A stretch of DNA of 64,000 nucleotides from the human T2T-CHM13v2.0 reference genome, Homo sapiens, in NCBI RefSeq assembly GCF_009914755.1, contig NC_060928.1. One strand, given 5' to 3'. Numbering within the stretch: position 1 is the first letter of the stretch; every line of letters starts with the position of its first letter. Below the pieces are notes generated by a model. That model did not search any database and was not told where the DNA came from. It was given only the letters and a program-made list of their open reading frames with translations. Positions 29,938 to 42,770 of this stretch are shown here, in pieces. A program made the position numbers and the translations under genes.

Positions 29938-30471
29938 CATGCTAAAGGAGTTAAGTATTAATTGAAGAGTGAACAAATACATAGGAAAATGTCATCTACA
30001 ATAGTAATAAAGTTGATTTTAAAGCAAATTTGGGATACTATTTTATAAATACAGAAAGAAGATGGCAATAAATTTTTGGCCAAAATTATAGGCTTATTCA
30101 ATGCCAGTGATATTATTAATGAGCAAATCCTTTTTTCATAAAGTATTCTGGTATTGTATATTAAAATATTAATTTTAGCATAAACATTTTGTTATAAAAT
30201 AAACATATTATTTTAAAAATAAACTTGAATCCCTTGCAGGGAATTTAGCCTATGATAAAATATCAACTGGAAAAATTAAGAAGAACGTATTGATCATGGT
30301 TTACTATAACAATAAACATTTATAAACATTGTTTTACTCTTCCTAGAAGTATACCACATACTGATTAAAATAATAATCATAAAAACTATATAGAGACATG
30401 AAGCACAGACATAATTTAGTCACTAATTTAAGAAAGATATTACTATGAACCAGAGACTTTATTTTACATAC

Positions 30472-30628
30472 TATTATGGATTGAATTGTGTTCCCCAAAA
30501 ATTCATGGGTCAAGGTCCTGACCCCCACTAGCTCAGGGTGTGACATTATTTAGAGATGAAATGATACATAGGTAATCAAGTTAAAATAGGGTTAAAATAG
30601 ATTGAAGTGGGTCCTCATCCCAAATGAC
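30472..30628 (+). mobile_element. MLT1B LTR, 5' half
   Basis: tattatggattgaattgtgttccccaaaaattcat...gtcctgacccccac...gtgggtcctcatcccaaatgac. Confidence 0.75.
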
Positions 30629-30659
30629 ATATTCTGCACTTACTGCTTTTAATCTCATT

Positions 30660-31665
30660 CAGCAAAATTCTTATTCCCAATATTGTGGTTTTACTCGCTA
30701 AGAAGTTCTGTATTTGTATATTTCATTTCCCTCATCACTACATTTATATATACCTTTGAAGATTTGAATATAGTTGTTGTAATTATCTTAATATTTTTGT
30801 GTACTAGTCCCTTATTTCTTTCATATCTCTGTTTTTATTGAATGTCTTTTTTTAGTCATGGGCCTCATTTTTCTGCTTTTTGACATATCTAATAACCTTT
30901 TTATTAGTTTCTGGACATTTTGTACATTATACTGTTGAGTGTCCTGATTTTGGTGTTTGCTTTATGGGATGTTGGTTTGGCTTTGTTTTGACAGGCATTT
31001 AAGTACCTGTCAATCAATTTGATACCATCAAGGCCTCTTTATAATTTTTGTTATGGAATATGCAGCGTTCACTCTAAGAATAGCTGATTCCTATAACTAA
31101 GGCATAATCCATTTGGGGTGTCCACTGAATATTGTATGTAGGTGATTACTGAAGACTCTACACTCTAACTTGCGGAAGTTTGAATATCTCCTTGTCCTTT
31201 ATGAGTGCTGGGAATTCTTCAGCCTACGATTCCCTGATCTTTCTTGCTCAACTTTGTGGAGATTCACTTCATGAATATATGGCCTAGTTCTTAGTAAATA
31301 CTAGAGGGACGAACATGCATACATCTGGATCTTTTTTCTGTACAGCTCCCTACTTTCCAAAACTCTGCCTTGCAACTTGCAGTAGCCTCAGCCTCCCTGG
31401 GCTCTGATCCCAGTCTACTCAAAACCCGGAATCCACTGAACTTTGTTTGAGATTCCTCTCCTTCATTCTGCATTTTTAAAATGCCACAAAGCAAAAAGTC
31501 AAGGTGACAATAGAACACACTTTATTTATACCATTTTCTCAAGTATAGACCTGCCTTATCTATTGTCCAATGTCTGAAAATAGTAGTTTTAGGTATTTTT
31601 TCCTATTTTCTAGTTTTTAACAACAAGGAGTTAAGTTAGACCATTATGGCCAGAAGTTGAAGTTT
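30660..31665 (-). mobile_element. Ancient L1M-type fragment
   Basis: T-rich degraded L1-like antisense sequence (ttttctgctttttgacatatctaataac...gtctgaaaatagtagtttt). Confidence 0.45.
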
Positions 31666-32504
31666 ATGATGCTTATTTAAAGACAGTTCATATTGTAGCT
31701 AAAGATGTGTTTATAATGCTAAAATTCTGGAATACATCCACATATATAAGAGGATTCAGAGACACATGGCTTAACAATTAACTCACACCTACACCCTTGG
31801 TCTGGACAGTTTCAATACATACACATAAAAATACTCAGTTCTCATGAAAATTTAATTAAAATGCCCTATTCCCCAGTTAAGTCGCTTAACTAAAATATAA
31901 CGCCATCAGCAGAAATTCTACTAAAAATTTTGATATTACTTTAGAAGGTTTTTTAGCAATTTATAAAATTCTTAAAATAAATATTTAATTAATATTTAAA
32001 TTTCACTGTCCTTATTCCTAGTTACTATACCAAATAGAATTTTACCTGAAGTCATATTTTGATTTAAGTTTTTAAATAGTATAGATTTTTGTGTTATTTA
32101 TTTATTTGTTTGTTTATACCCCCTTCTTATTTCAGAAACTATTTATAGTTTTGAAATTTCACTGTGATAAAAATAAGGTTGGTTATGTGGTGGGATTCAT
32201 CAGGCAAGAACATGTAAATAGAAATACATGAAATGTATGGATAGTCCCCAAAGAAACTATATGGTAGATAATATGTATGGTATTTGAGTAAAAATATGTT
32301 CAACTTTCTCAAACCTATTTAACACAAACATATATACTTAGTATATATGTATTTTTTAAATTTTTTCAAAACATTAGTAACTAATGTCTAGCACAGTAGT
32401 GGTAGACCATAAATACCTAATAAATATTTGTTATTAAAAGATTACCATGAGGAAAGAGAAGAAGGAAAATAGAAATAATATATCTAAACTCTATATACAA
32501 TGTC

Positions 32505-33692
32505 TAAACCATGAACCATGAAGGAAAGAGTTCATATACTGAATTTTATAAAAATTAAAAATTTCCACTCTGCAAAACTTACTCTTAAGAGAATAAAAGA
32601 AGAATCACAGACTGGGAAAATATTTGCAAAAAACATATGATAAGGGATTTTTCTTCAAAATGTACAAAGAACACTTAAAACTCAGCAATAAAGAAAGAAA
32701 GAATTAAACTTAAAATGACACAAAGATCTTAACAGGCAGCTCATCAAAGAAGATATATATATATATGGCAAATAAACATATTAATATATGCTCCACATCA
32801 TATGTCATCAGAGAAATGCAAATGTAAACAATGAGAGATCACTACAGACCTATTAGAAATTCAGAACACTAACAACACCAAATGCTGGTGAGGATGTGGA
32901 ACAGGAACTCTTGTTCATTTCAGGTGGAAAGGCAAAATGGTGCAGCCACTTTGGAAGACAATTTAGTGGTTTCTACAAAACTAAACATCCTCTAACCATA
33001 TAATCCAGCAAGCATGCTGGATTTACTCAAAGGAGTTGAAGACTAATGTTTGCACAAAAGATGGCACACAGATGTTAATAGTAGCCCTATTCATAATTGC
33101 TAAACTTGGAAGCAACCAAGATGTCCTTCAGTGAATGAATAGATAAATTATGTCAAATCCAGACAGTGGAATATTATTCAATGCTAAAAACAAATGCGTT
33201 ACTAAGCCATGAAAAGACATGGAGGAGGATTAAATGCATCTCACTAAGCCAGTCTGAAAATTCTACATATTGAATAATTCCAACCATATGACATTCTGGG
33301 AAAAGCAAAACTGAACAGTAAAGAGAGAACTTGTCGCTAAGGGTTAGTCGGGAGAAGGTATGAACAGGAGGAGCACAGAGGATATTTAGGGCAGTGAAAT
33401 AACTTTGTATGACACTGTAATAGTAGTATCTCATTGTATACTTGTCCAAAGCTATGGAATGTATAATACTAAGAGTGAGCCCTAATGTCAGCTGTGGATC
33501 TTGGATGATAATGATGTGTCAATATAGATTCATCAATTGTGACAAATGTACCACTGTGGTGAGGGATGTTGACAGTTGTGGAGGCTGTGCTCCCTACTCC
33601 TCCTAGGGGTAGGGAGTATCAGGAAATCTCTACCTTTTGCTCAATAGTACTGTAAACCCAAAATTGCTCTAAAAATAACATCTATTTAAAAA
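32505..33692 (+). mobile_element. L1MC1-like 3' portion
   Basis: actgggaaaatatttgcaaa...caaatgctggtgaggatgtgga...aagagtgagccctaatgt...attgtgacaaatgtaccact...aaattgctctaaaaataa. Confidence 0.85.
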
Positions 33693-35313
33693 TTGTTAAG
33701 ATGGTAGGTAACATTTATGTTATGTGCATTTTGCCACAATTAAATTTTTTAATTAAAAAATATTTTTAAAATTTTTGACTATTAAAAACTTCAAACTTAA
33801 AGAATACATCCAGTAGCATGCCCACATCATTATAGAAGTTCAGTAAAAATGTCTTGTTTTGATTACAATTTGGGTAATTGATTACTAATGGCAATGATTC
33901 AAAAGTAGGAAAATTGGCTAAAGGGCTGTCTTTTTAAATTGTAGTTATTCATTATGAAATAAAGTGTTTACAAATGCAGTTAATTCTATGCTTTTTTCTG
34001 TTTTTTTTTTTTTTTTTTGGTCCTGGAACAAATTTAATGGAACCAATAGCATATTTCCTTGGTTTTAATTATGCACAGTGTTTTTGATGTTGCCAATTTT
34101 CCTAAAGAATAGCAAATGCTGCCTTTTACTGAATAGCTTTGATTGTGTGCATTACATGCTAAACATTTTCCTTTTCCTATAGCAGCTATTAAGCATGGTG
34201 ACACCCACAATGTCCCAGCATGGCCAGGCATCCCCTGAGTTGTCTTTTACTAAGAAGGACATAATTCTAAATGTTCTCTCCTTAAAAAGCAACATATAAC
34301 TTATCTTAAATATTAAAACTAAAATATTAACCCTAGTGGAAATTTGCAAGATGGTAAAAATTTGATGGAAATTTGTCTAGTGCTGACTTTTAAAAATGCC
34401 TGTGTCTCTTTCAATCTTATATTCCTTCTTCTCCTGTACTATGTACTCAAATACATGTATGTGTACACTTTGGTATGTCTGTTTGTGTGTATGAGTGTGT
34501 GCATATCTGTGTGTGTCTGTGCATGAGTGTGTATCATGGAGACATGCTATTTTATTATAACTCAGGTATTAAGGGTGTCATTCTTGCAAGATTCCTTATT
34601 CTGCACAAGGCCTGTTGTTATTGATGTTTGTTGAATTAAATTAATTGACGTACTGTTACTCAAGACTTTGGTTCATACTTTCCCACAAAAGAAACAAAGA
34701 AAAAAGCAAAAAGACTCTCCATCTCTTATTTTTTTTCTCTCTCGTATACTAACTCACGGACAAGCTAATAAATGTGCACATAAAGCTAAACCATTACACA
34801 TTTTTAAATACTTTTTTATGATGCCTTCCGAATGATCATTTGTTCCCTTTGCTTTCTGAGTAATGGGAGCACTATATGAGCTACATAAAACTCATATGAA
34901 GTAGGTATATTTCAAATTAACTATAATGGTGACCCTTTTTTACTCAAGTAACATTAAGTATTTTTGAGAAACTCTCAAAAAGTTTCTTTTTAATTTCTCT
35001 CTCTAAATGAAACTCTCCAACAGCCTTTCTAGAGTCCTATCCATAAATGTTGTAGTCAGTTTGGGTAAAAAAATTTTCAGTGGCTTTGTTCCACAGCAAG
35101 CAGGTGCCAAGAGGAGAAAAAAGGAAGGATTTATGCCACGGATTCAAAGCGCATGCCAGTTGCGTAAGGGTGCAGAATCACAATTAGGTGGAATGTAAAC
35201 AACCCTGGCAATGTGATTCAACCATAAAGTCCAAATAAAGGAGAACTATATGTGGATAGGTTAGAAATAGACAGTACAGAGTTAAAAATGATAGATGGAT
35301 GGCAAATAGATTT

Positions 35314-35335
35314 GATAGATAGATAGATGATAGAT

Positions 35336-35382
<47 letters not shown>
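35314..35382 (+). repeat. (GATA)n tetranucleotide STR
   Basis: 11 perfect GATA units plus GAT at 35336-35382, preceded by interrupted units. Confidence 0.97.
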
Positions 35383-35524
35383 TCATAATTAAACCTGGAG
35401 ACGTAAATATAAATAAGAGTCGAGAGTTCAGGACTCCAGAAGGGAGTGTGCTATTTTATCTGGTTTCCACTTCCTGTTTCTAAGGCTGGCTGAGGTGTGT
35501 AAAAAAAGTCTCACTAAATGAATA

Positions 35525-36060
35525 ACAGCTCACATACTACTAATAATAATTCATTGAACATAGATATATGCAAGTGCTATACTATATAGTTTGTCTTTGA
35601 TCCTTACAGTAGTATTGTGATGAACACAAAACGTTTATCATTTTATAGATGATGAAATAGAAGCTTAGGGAGTTTTAAAAACATACATGGCCAGGTGCAG
35701 TGGCTCACACCTGTAATCCCAGTACTTTGGGAGGATCACTTGAGCCCAGGAGTTTAAGCTCAGCCTGAACAACATGACAAATCCTTGTCTCTGCAAAAAA
35801 ATACAAAAATTAGTCAGGCAGGGTGGAATGTGCCTGTAGTTCCAGCTACTTGGGTGGTTGAGGCAGAAGGATCGTTTGAGTCCAGGAGGTCAAGGCTGCA
35901 GTAAGCTGTGGTCACACCACTGCACTCCAGCCTGGGTGACAAAGCAAGCTCTGTCAAAAAAAATTTAAAAATCACAAGGTCATATAGTGAACAAGTAAAA
36001 AATATAGTAAGGATCTGAATTCAGGTCGCTCCGATTCTAGCCTCTGAAATCTAACCACTA
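35525..36060 (-). mobile_element. MIR relic interrupted by an Alu
   Basis: ttttatagatgatgaaatagaagcttaggg before the Alu; cacaaggtcatatag...ggatctgaattcagg after it. Confidence 0.6.
35689..35970 (+). mobile_element. AluJ with a deletion in the left arm
   Basis: ggccaggtgcagtggctcac...gaggatcacttgagcccaggag...gaggtcaaggctgcagt (J-type diagnostics). Confidence 0.9.
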
Positions 36061-36061
36061 G

Positions 36062-36268
36062 AAGTGCACTGTGAAATATGGTAGTCATTAGCAACATATA
36101 GCTATTTAAATTTAAACTAGTAAAATCAATAAACTTTAGAATTTGGTTATTCAGTCCCACTAATCGCATGTCAAATGCTTACTAGCCACATGAGTCTTGT
36201 GGCTACCATATTGGACAGGGCAAATAAAGACTGCCAACTTTGCAGAAAGTGCTATGGGAGAGCTGCAA
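36062..36268. mobile_element. MER3-like hAT-Charlie MITE
   Basis: aatatggtagtcattagcaacat...tagccacatgagtcttgtggctaccatattggacag. Confidence 0.75.
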
Positions 36269-36489
36269 TAGACCAAACTGCTTTATCAAAAATTATTATT
36301 CTTATGTGATGGACTAAAGCTTGTATCAAAAATAAATAACTTATCACCTTTCTTCAAGAGGTCAGTTCAGGTTGATATATCATCTTTCCCTACTCAAGGC
36401 TTCTTGACATCAGCACTACTGATATTCGGGGGGCTGAATAATTCATCTTTATGAAGGGCTGTCCTGTGCATTGGAGAGTATTTAGCAGC

Positions 36490-37523
36490 TGCAATGGACT
36501 GAATGTTTATGTCCCCCACCCTCCAAAATCATGTGTTCATCATGTATTCAAATGCTAATGTGATGGTATTAGGCAGGACCTTTGGGAGGTGATGAGGTGA
36601 TTAGGTCCTAAGAGTGGAAATCTCATGAATGGGATTAATTCCTTCATAAAAGAGGGCCCAGAACGGTTCCTCACCCTTCCTTCTAGTGAGGTTACAGTGA
36701 GAAGAAGGCCATCTATGAGGAGGATGCTCTCATCGACTCTGAATCTGCAGGCCTTTAGATCTTGAACATCCCAGTCTATGGTATTGTGAGAAATAAATTT
36801 GTGTTGTTTACAAGCCTCCAAGTCTATGGTGAAGGGTATTTCTTCAGGTGCCTTTGGACCAACCTAACTCCTCCCCCATTTTATTGCTTGTACTTCTCAG
36901 GAATAACTGTGGAATGAGCTGAGACTGCAACATCCTGACACAGGGAGGGATGCCTAGAACAGAGCAGGACTTGTTACTGTCCTTCTTAGGAAATGCAACA
37001 TCTAGAATTAGGGAGGAACTGCCTGGGGCCTCCCTGGCTTTGATCTTCTCTCTCTTAGAAATAGAATGTGCTTCTTCAAAGCTTCACCGAGTGAGTTACA
37101 TGGTCCCTGAAATATATAACCTAGGGCAGGCTGCCATTCAGAGTCTCTTAGTTGTGGTGCAAAGTGGAGCAAGCACAGAAAAGATTCCATCCTTCCTGGG
37201 CAGCTTTCTTGCCCTTTGGGAGACAGGCTCCCAAAGGATTGAAGACTTCTGTCTCTCACTGCCTATCTGTAAGTAATAAACCTGCTTTGTGTAATTTATT
37301 ATATCTCACCAGACTCAGACAAATATGTAACCAGTGTATGGTGAACCGAAACAGTAGCCCAGGATGCAGTGGCCATAGGTATATGGACTTCTGTTTCTGG
37401 TGGTTGGTGCGGTGATGAACTTTGCTTTTCTCCACTCAGTGGGAGTCTTCTCTTGGCATTGGTAATTAATAAACATGCTTCACATATGGTGGTTTGTTAT
37501 AGCAGCCTGAATAGTCTAAAACT
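36490..37523 (+). mobile_element. MLT1A-like LTR inside MER20, itself interrupted
   Basis: tgcaatggactgaatgtttatgtcccc...aagtctatgg | ggtttgttatagcagcctgaatagtctaa; TSD gcagc at 36485-36489 and 37524-37528. Confidence 0.85.
36830..37484 (+). mobile_element. ERVL solo LTR, MER54/MER73/MER74-like, inside MLT1A
   Basis: tgaag...cttcaca termini; perfect TSD tatgg at 36825-36829 and 37485-37489; similar to 2343-2839. Confidence 0.75.
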
Positions 37524-38029
37524 GCAGCATCCCTGGCCACTACTCACCAGATGTCAGTAGCATCCCCTCCCAGTTGTGATAGTGAAAAATATCTCCAGAC
37601 ATTGCAAAATGTCCTCTGGGGAATAAAATTATTTCTAGTTAAGAACCACTTCATGAGGCCACTAACAGTAGGGTGTGGAGAAGGAAGCAGTACATGCTGA
37701 GAGAAGAAAGATCTTTATAAGGAAAACTTTTTCATAAAAACTTTTGCACTTCCTGATTCTGAGCCAGTGGGTGGCCAGAGCTAGTGAGGTCACAAGAAAA
37801 TTTTACACTTACAGGCAGTTGGAGTTCTCAGGGTTCTGCTTCTCTCACTAAACGTGGAGGGCTGTTGTTTGAGAGACTGTGTGGACCTTGAAGAAATACA
37901 CTGAACATTTACTTAAAAAAAAAATGAATCAATGAATGGAAGAGGAAACAAATGTACACATATTTGCAAGATGTCAAGACCTGAAACTCTACCAGCTTTT
38001 CACAAGAAGTCATAGTCTCACAGATTCAA

Positions 38030-40795
38030 CGTTAGTTCAGCATCCCCCAGAAACAGACCCTGAAACAAAAGATTTGAATGAAAGTAATTTATTTGAAACA
38101 TTGTCCCACAAATGACCAATAGGAAGATGGGTTAGTGACATAGTGATATGGTTTGGCTGTGTCTCCACGCAAATCTCATCTTGAATTCCAACATGCTGTG
38201 GGAGGGACCTGGTGGGAAGTAATCGAATCATGGAGGCAGGTCTTGCCCATGCTGTTCTCATGATAGTGAATACGTCTCACAAGATCTGATGATTCAATAA
38301 GGGGGAGTTTCCCTGCACAAGCTCTCTCCCATTGCCTGCTGCTATCCATGTAACCCGTGACTTGCTGCTCCTTGCATTCCACCATGATCGTGAGGCCTTC
38401 CCAGCCATGTGAAACTGTAAGTCTTTCAAACCTCTTTCTTTGGTAAAGTGCCCCGTCTCAGGTATGTCTTTATCAGCAGCATGAAAATGGACTAATACAG
38501 TAAATTGGTACCAGTAGAGTGGGGTGCTACTGAAAAGATAGCTAAAATTGTGAAAGCTACTTTAGAACTGGGTAACAGGCCAAGGCTGGAACAGTATGGA
38601 GGGCTCAGAAAAAGACAGGAGAATGCGAGGAAGTTTAGAACTCCCTGGAGACTTGTTGAATGACTTCCACCAAAATGCTGATAATGATGTGGACAATGAA
38701 ATCTAGGCTGAGGTGGTCTCAGAAGGAAATGAGGAACTTGTTGGGAACTGGAGCAAAGGTGACTCTTGTTATGTTTTCACAAAGAGACTGGCGTCATTTT
38801 GCCCCTGCCCTAGGAATTTGTGGAACTTTGAACTTGAGAGAGATGATTTAGGGTATCTGATGGAAGAAATTTCTAAGCAGCAAAGCATTCAAGAGGTGAC
38901 TTGGGTGCTGTTAAAGGCATTCAGTTTTATGAAGGAAGCAGAACATAAGTTCAGAAAATTTGCAGCCTGACAATGCTACAGAAAAGAAAATCCCATTTTC
39001 TGAGGAGAAATTCAAGCCAGCTGCAGAAATTTGCATAAGTAAGGAGGAGCCAAATGTTAATCCCGAAGACAATGAGAAAAGTGTCTCTACAACATATCAG
39101 AGGTCTTTACTGCCACCCCTCCCATCACAGGCCTGGAGGTTTAGGAGGAAAAAGTGGTTTCATGGTCCGGGCCCAGGCTCCCTCTGCTGTGTGCAGTCTA
39201 GGGAATTAGTGCCTTGCATCCCAGCCACTCCAGCCATGGCTGAAAGGGGCCAACATAGAACTTGGGCTGTGGCTTCAGAAGGTGCAAGCCCCAAGCCTTG
39301 GCAGCTTCCATATGGTGTTGAGCCTGCGAGTGCACAGAAGTCAAGAATTGAGGTTTAGAAACCTCCAGCTAGATTTCAGAAAATGTATGGAAACACCTGG
39401 ATACCCAGGGAGAAGCTTGCTATAGGGGAAGGGCCCTCATGCAAAACTCCACTAGGGAGGTGTGGAAGGGGAAAGTGGAGTCAGATGCCCCATGCAGAGT
39501 CCCTACTGGGGCACTGCCTAGTGGAGTGGTGAGAAGAGGGCCACCATCCTCCAGACTCCAGAAAGGTAGATCCACTGACAGTTTTCACTGTGCACCTGGA
39601 AAAGCTATAGACACTCAACACCAGCCCATGAAAGCAGCTGGGAAGGAGGCTTCACCCTGCAAAGCCACAGGGCCAGAACTGCCCAATACCATGGGAACCC
39701 ACCTCTTGCATCAGGATGACCTGGATGTGAGACATGGAGTCAAAGGAGATCATTTTGGAGCTTTAAGATTTGACTGCCCCACTGGATTTCAGACTTGCAT
39801 GAGGCCTGTGGCCCCTTTGTTTTGGCCAGTTTCTCTCATTTGGAACAGCAGTATTTACCCAATGCCTGTATCCTCATTGCATCTAGGAAGTAACTAACTT
39901 ACTTTTGATTTTACAGACTCATAGGTGGAAGGGACTTGCTTTGTCTTGGATGAGACATAGGACTGTGGGCTTTTTAGTTAATGCTGAAATGAGTTAAGAC
40001 TTTGGGAGACTGTTGGGAAGGAATGACTTGTTTTGAAATGTGAGGACATGAGATTTTGGAGGGGGCTGAGGTGGAATGATATGGCTTGGCTGCGTCTTCA
40101 CCCAAATCTCATCTTTAATTCCCAAGTGTTCTGGGAGGGACTTGGTGGGAGGTAATCGAATCATGGGGACAGGTCTTTCCCATGCTGTTCTCATGATAGT
40201 GAATACATCTCACAAGATCTGATGGTTATTATAAATGGGAGTTTCCCTCCACAAGCTCTCTCTCTTTGTGTGCTGCCATCCATGCAAGACGTGACTTGCT
40301 TCTCCTTACCTTCCACCATTATGAGACCTCCCCAGCCATGTGAAATTGTAAGTCCATTAAATCTCTTTCATTCATAAATTGCTCAGTCTCAGGTATGTCA
40401 TTGTCAGCAGTGTGAAAGTGGACTAATTCAGATAGGCCAGGAAATATAGGGAAGAAAGTATTTGTTATCAGTTTAGTTACCATGATGGGTAACTGCAGTT
40501 TAATCCCAATGAACAATTCTGAGAGTACATGAGGTTAATGTGTTGCAGAGTTATTCCACACAAGGAGCAAGAGAGCTAGAGTATTTATATACCAACCTAG
40601 CCAGCCATGGACTGGGGGCTCCTAGGGATGATGGCTGGCTTATCGATTTCTCAGCACTTCCAACTTGCCCTCCACAAGCAGAACAGTTTCAGATCAAAGA
40701 AAGCCCTCTGGAAGTTGGCCAGCACCATTATAATTATGGAGTTCTAGGAGATAGTGGCAGAGAAGGGAGAGTCTCCCAGGCAACCAACAGTACAG
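38030..40795 (-). mobile_element. LTR16-like ERVL LTR split by THE1 (pieces about 38030-38143 and 40431-40795)
   Basis: cccccagaaacagaccctgaaacaaaagatttgaatg...atttatttg; after THE1, gttaccatgatgggtaactgc...gagtatttatataccaac. Confidence 0.55.
38144..40430 (+). mobile_element. Full-length THE1 (THE1A-like) MaLR element: 5' LTR 38144-38499, internal 38500-40076, 3' LTR 40077-40430
   Basis: two direct ~355-bp LTRs (tgatatgg...gactaataca and ...gactaattca); THE1-int starts gtaaattggtaccagtagagtgggg; purine tract before the 3' LTR; TSD catag/gatag. Confidence 0.95.
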
Positions 40796-42544
40796 TAGAT
40801 ATGTATTCGTATATCTATTTCTAAGTCTCTATCTAGGTATCTGCCCTGTGCATAGGTAATTAGCAAAGAGGTTGAGCATCCGTGATGTCAGACAGACAGA
40901 GGTGCAACTCTTAACTCCAAAGCACTCTTCCTCATATACCTGGTGTATCTCAAGCACTCTCTAGGTAATCACTGTTAGGGAAGCAAATTCCCAAGCTAGA
41001 AAGAGTTAGCACAGATTATCTTGTGATTCTTCCACCTCATTCTCCGTTTACTCTGGCCAAATTAAGTTTCCCCTTGATTGAAATTGCTTCATGTTCTTTA
41101 CCCCATTTCATTTTCTCAATTCCTAGGGTAGGAATTGTTAATGTACTAATTTTACAGATGGGGAAATTAAAGCCCAAAGTGACTTGTCAAAGACCACAAA
41201 GTGGGCGAGCCTAGGTATTCTGAACCCAGGAGACATGTGCTCTTTATGATTATGCTACTCTGCCTTCATATAAAATAAAGGATGGAAAATATAGTGAATT
41301 GTGCTATTTCTTATGAGTAAATGACATCTGAGGAAATTTTGTAGCACTATACATCAGGGGCAAGACAGAAAAGACCCACAGGGAACTTTTAGGTTCAACA
41401 TAGAAAAGAAGGACTTAGTTTCTGTCTTTGGAGAGAGCTATATGTAGGATTAAGATAGTATAATGCTCTCAAAATCAAGAAAATGGAAATGACAAAACAT
41501 AAGTCAGAGGCTTGAAGAGCAAAGCCAAAGGAGATTTAAAGGCAAAATAATTTTATAAATATTTTAAAGTATCTAACTAGTGTCAATCTTAAGGCTTTCT
41601 GTCCAGGAAGCTCCAGAACCCTCAAGATGTGAGAAAGAAAATGCCCTACATTCACAGATTTAAGGTATAGAGAGATTGAAGATTTCAAAGTGGAGGACAG
41701 ATTATCAAGTTAAAATCAATGATCCAGGAAGGAAGGCAGAAAGTCAGACCAAGGGGAACCATCACATTAGGACTGGAGAAACACAGAAAAAATAAAGATG
41801 ACTATGATTCACCAGCCCTCCTCAGGGGCTACTCCTCAACTCCTCCTTTTATGGAAAAGTGCAAACTTTCTTGTGTAGAGAACACAGCAACCCTAGGTTG
41901 GGCTGTATTCTTTCTCTTGTCCTCTAATGTATCTCAGGTACACATCAACCTCCAGTAACAGCTACAAAATCCATAATTGCCCAAATTAATGCTTATTAAC
42001 AACCCTCTACAGAATATTTAAATGGCTTTCAAATATGTAAACCGTCAGCTAAGAAACAGCAAGGCAGGTCTTTAATTTCTCAAAAAATAATCAGGCTTCA
42101 AATGTCTGTTTGAGCCACAATACTTTGACAAAATGTCAAAAGGAGTCAAATTACACATAAGCATCCCCTGCCCCCTAACCCCCAGCCCCACAGGCGTCCA
42201 CTTGACTGCCTTTGCTTTTCCCGCTGGCATTTTGCCAGGGTTTTTGATCCTAGTTTTGTGACACTCAGGAGTCTCCAAGTACCTTAAGGACCATCAGATT
42301 CCCATAATGAGATTAATTTTAGTTCACTTCAATTTAAAAAGCAACTATATGTCAGGCTGTACTTTTAGGGGGAGAAAATGACACCATGAAATTAAAGGTC
42401 TTTGCCTCCTGGCAGGCTGACAGGGTTGACCTTGAACAGAAGTCGACAGTATTTTCTCTGGGGCATTTTTTTCTCACCTCTCTCTACTCAGCATCTGTTC
42501 CTCAGGAGTCTACTGCTATCCACTATCTTGCTCTCAACTGCAGT

Positions 42545-42770
42545 GACTAGGACAGCCTGTATTTATGAAGCACCTACTACATGCTAGGCACTACCATAGG
42601 AAAGTGGGGCATCTGCAATCCTCTTGGCAACCCTGCAAGGCAGGAAATAAACTCCCATTTCACAGATCAGGAAAATCTTTCAGAGACGTTAACCATCTTG
42701 CCTAAAGACCCTTCAATAATCAATGAATTGGCTAAGAATCAAAGATTACTCTGGCTTCAAATCCCTTTGT
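42545..42770 (-). mobile_element. MIR SINE relic
   Basis: atttatgaagcacctactacatgctaggcac...caaccctgcaaggcagg...ccatttcacagatcaggaaa. Confidence 0.7.

Larger units (their letters stand above)
36395..37651. mobile_element. MER20 hAT-Charlie MITE, split by nested LTRs
   Basis: gggctgtcctgtgcattggagagtatttagcagc | gcagcatccctggcc...gtcagtagcatc...atctccagacattgc...aagaaccact. Confidence 0.88.
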
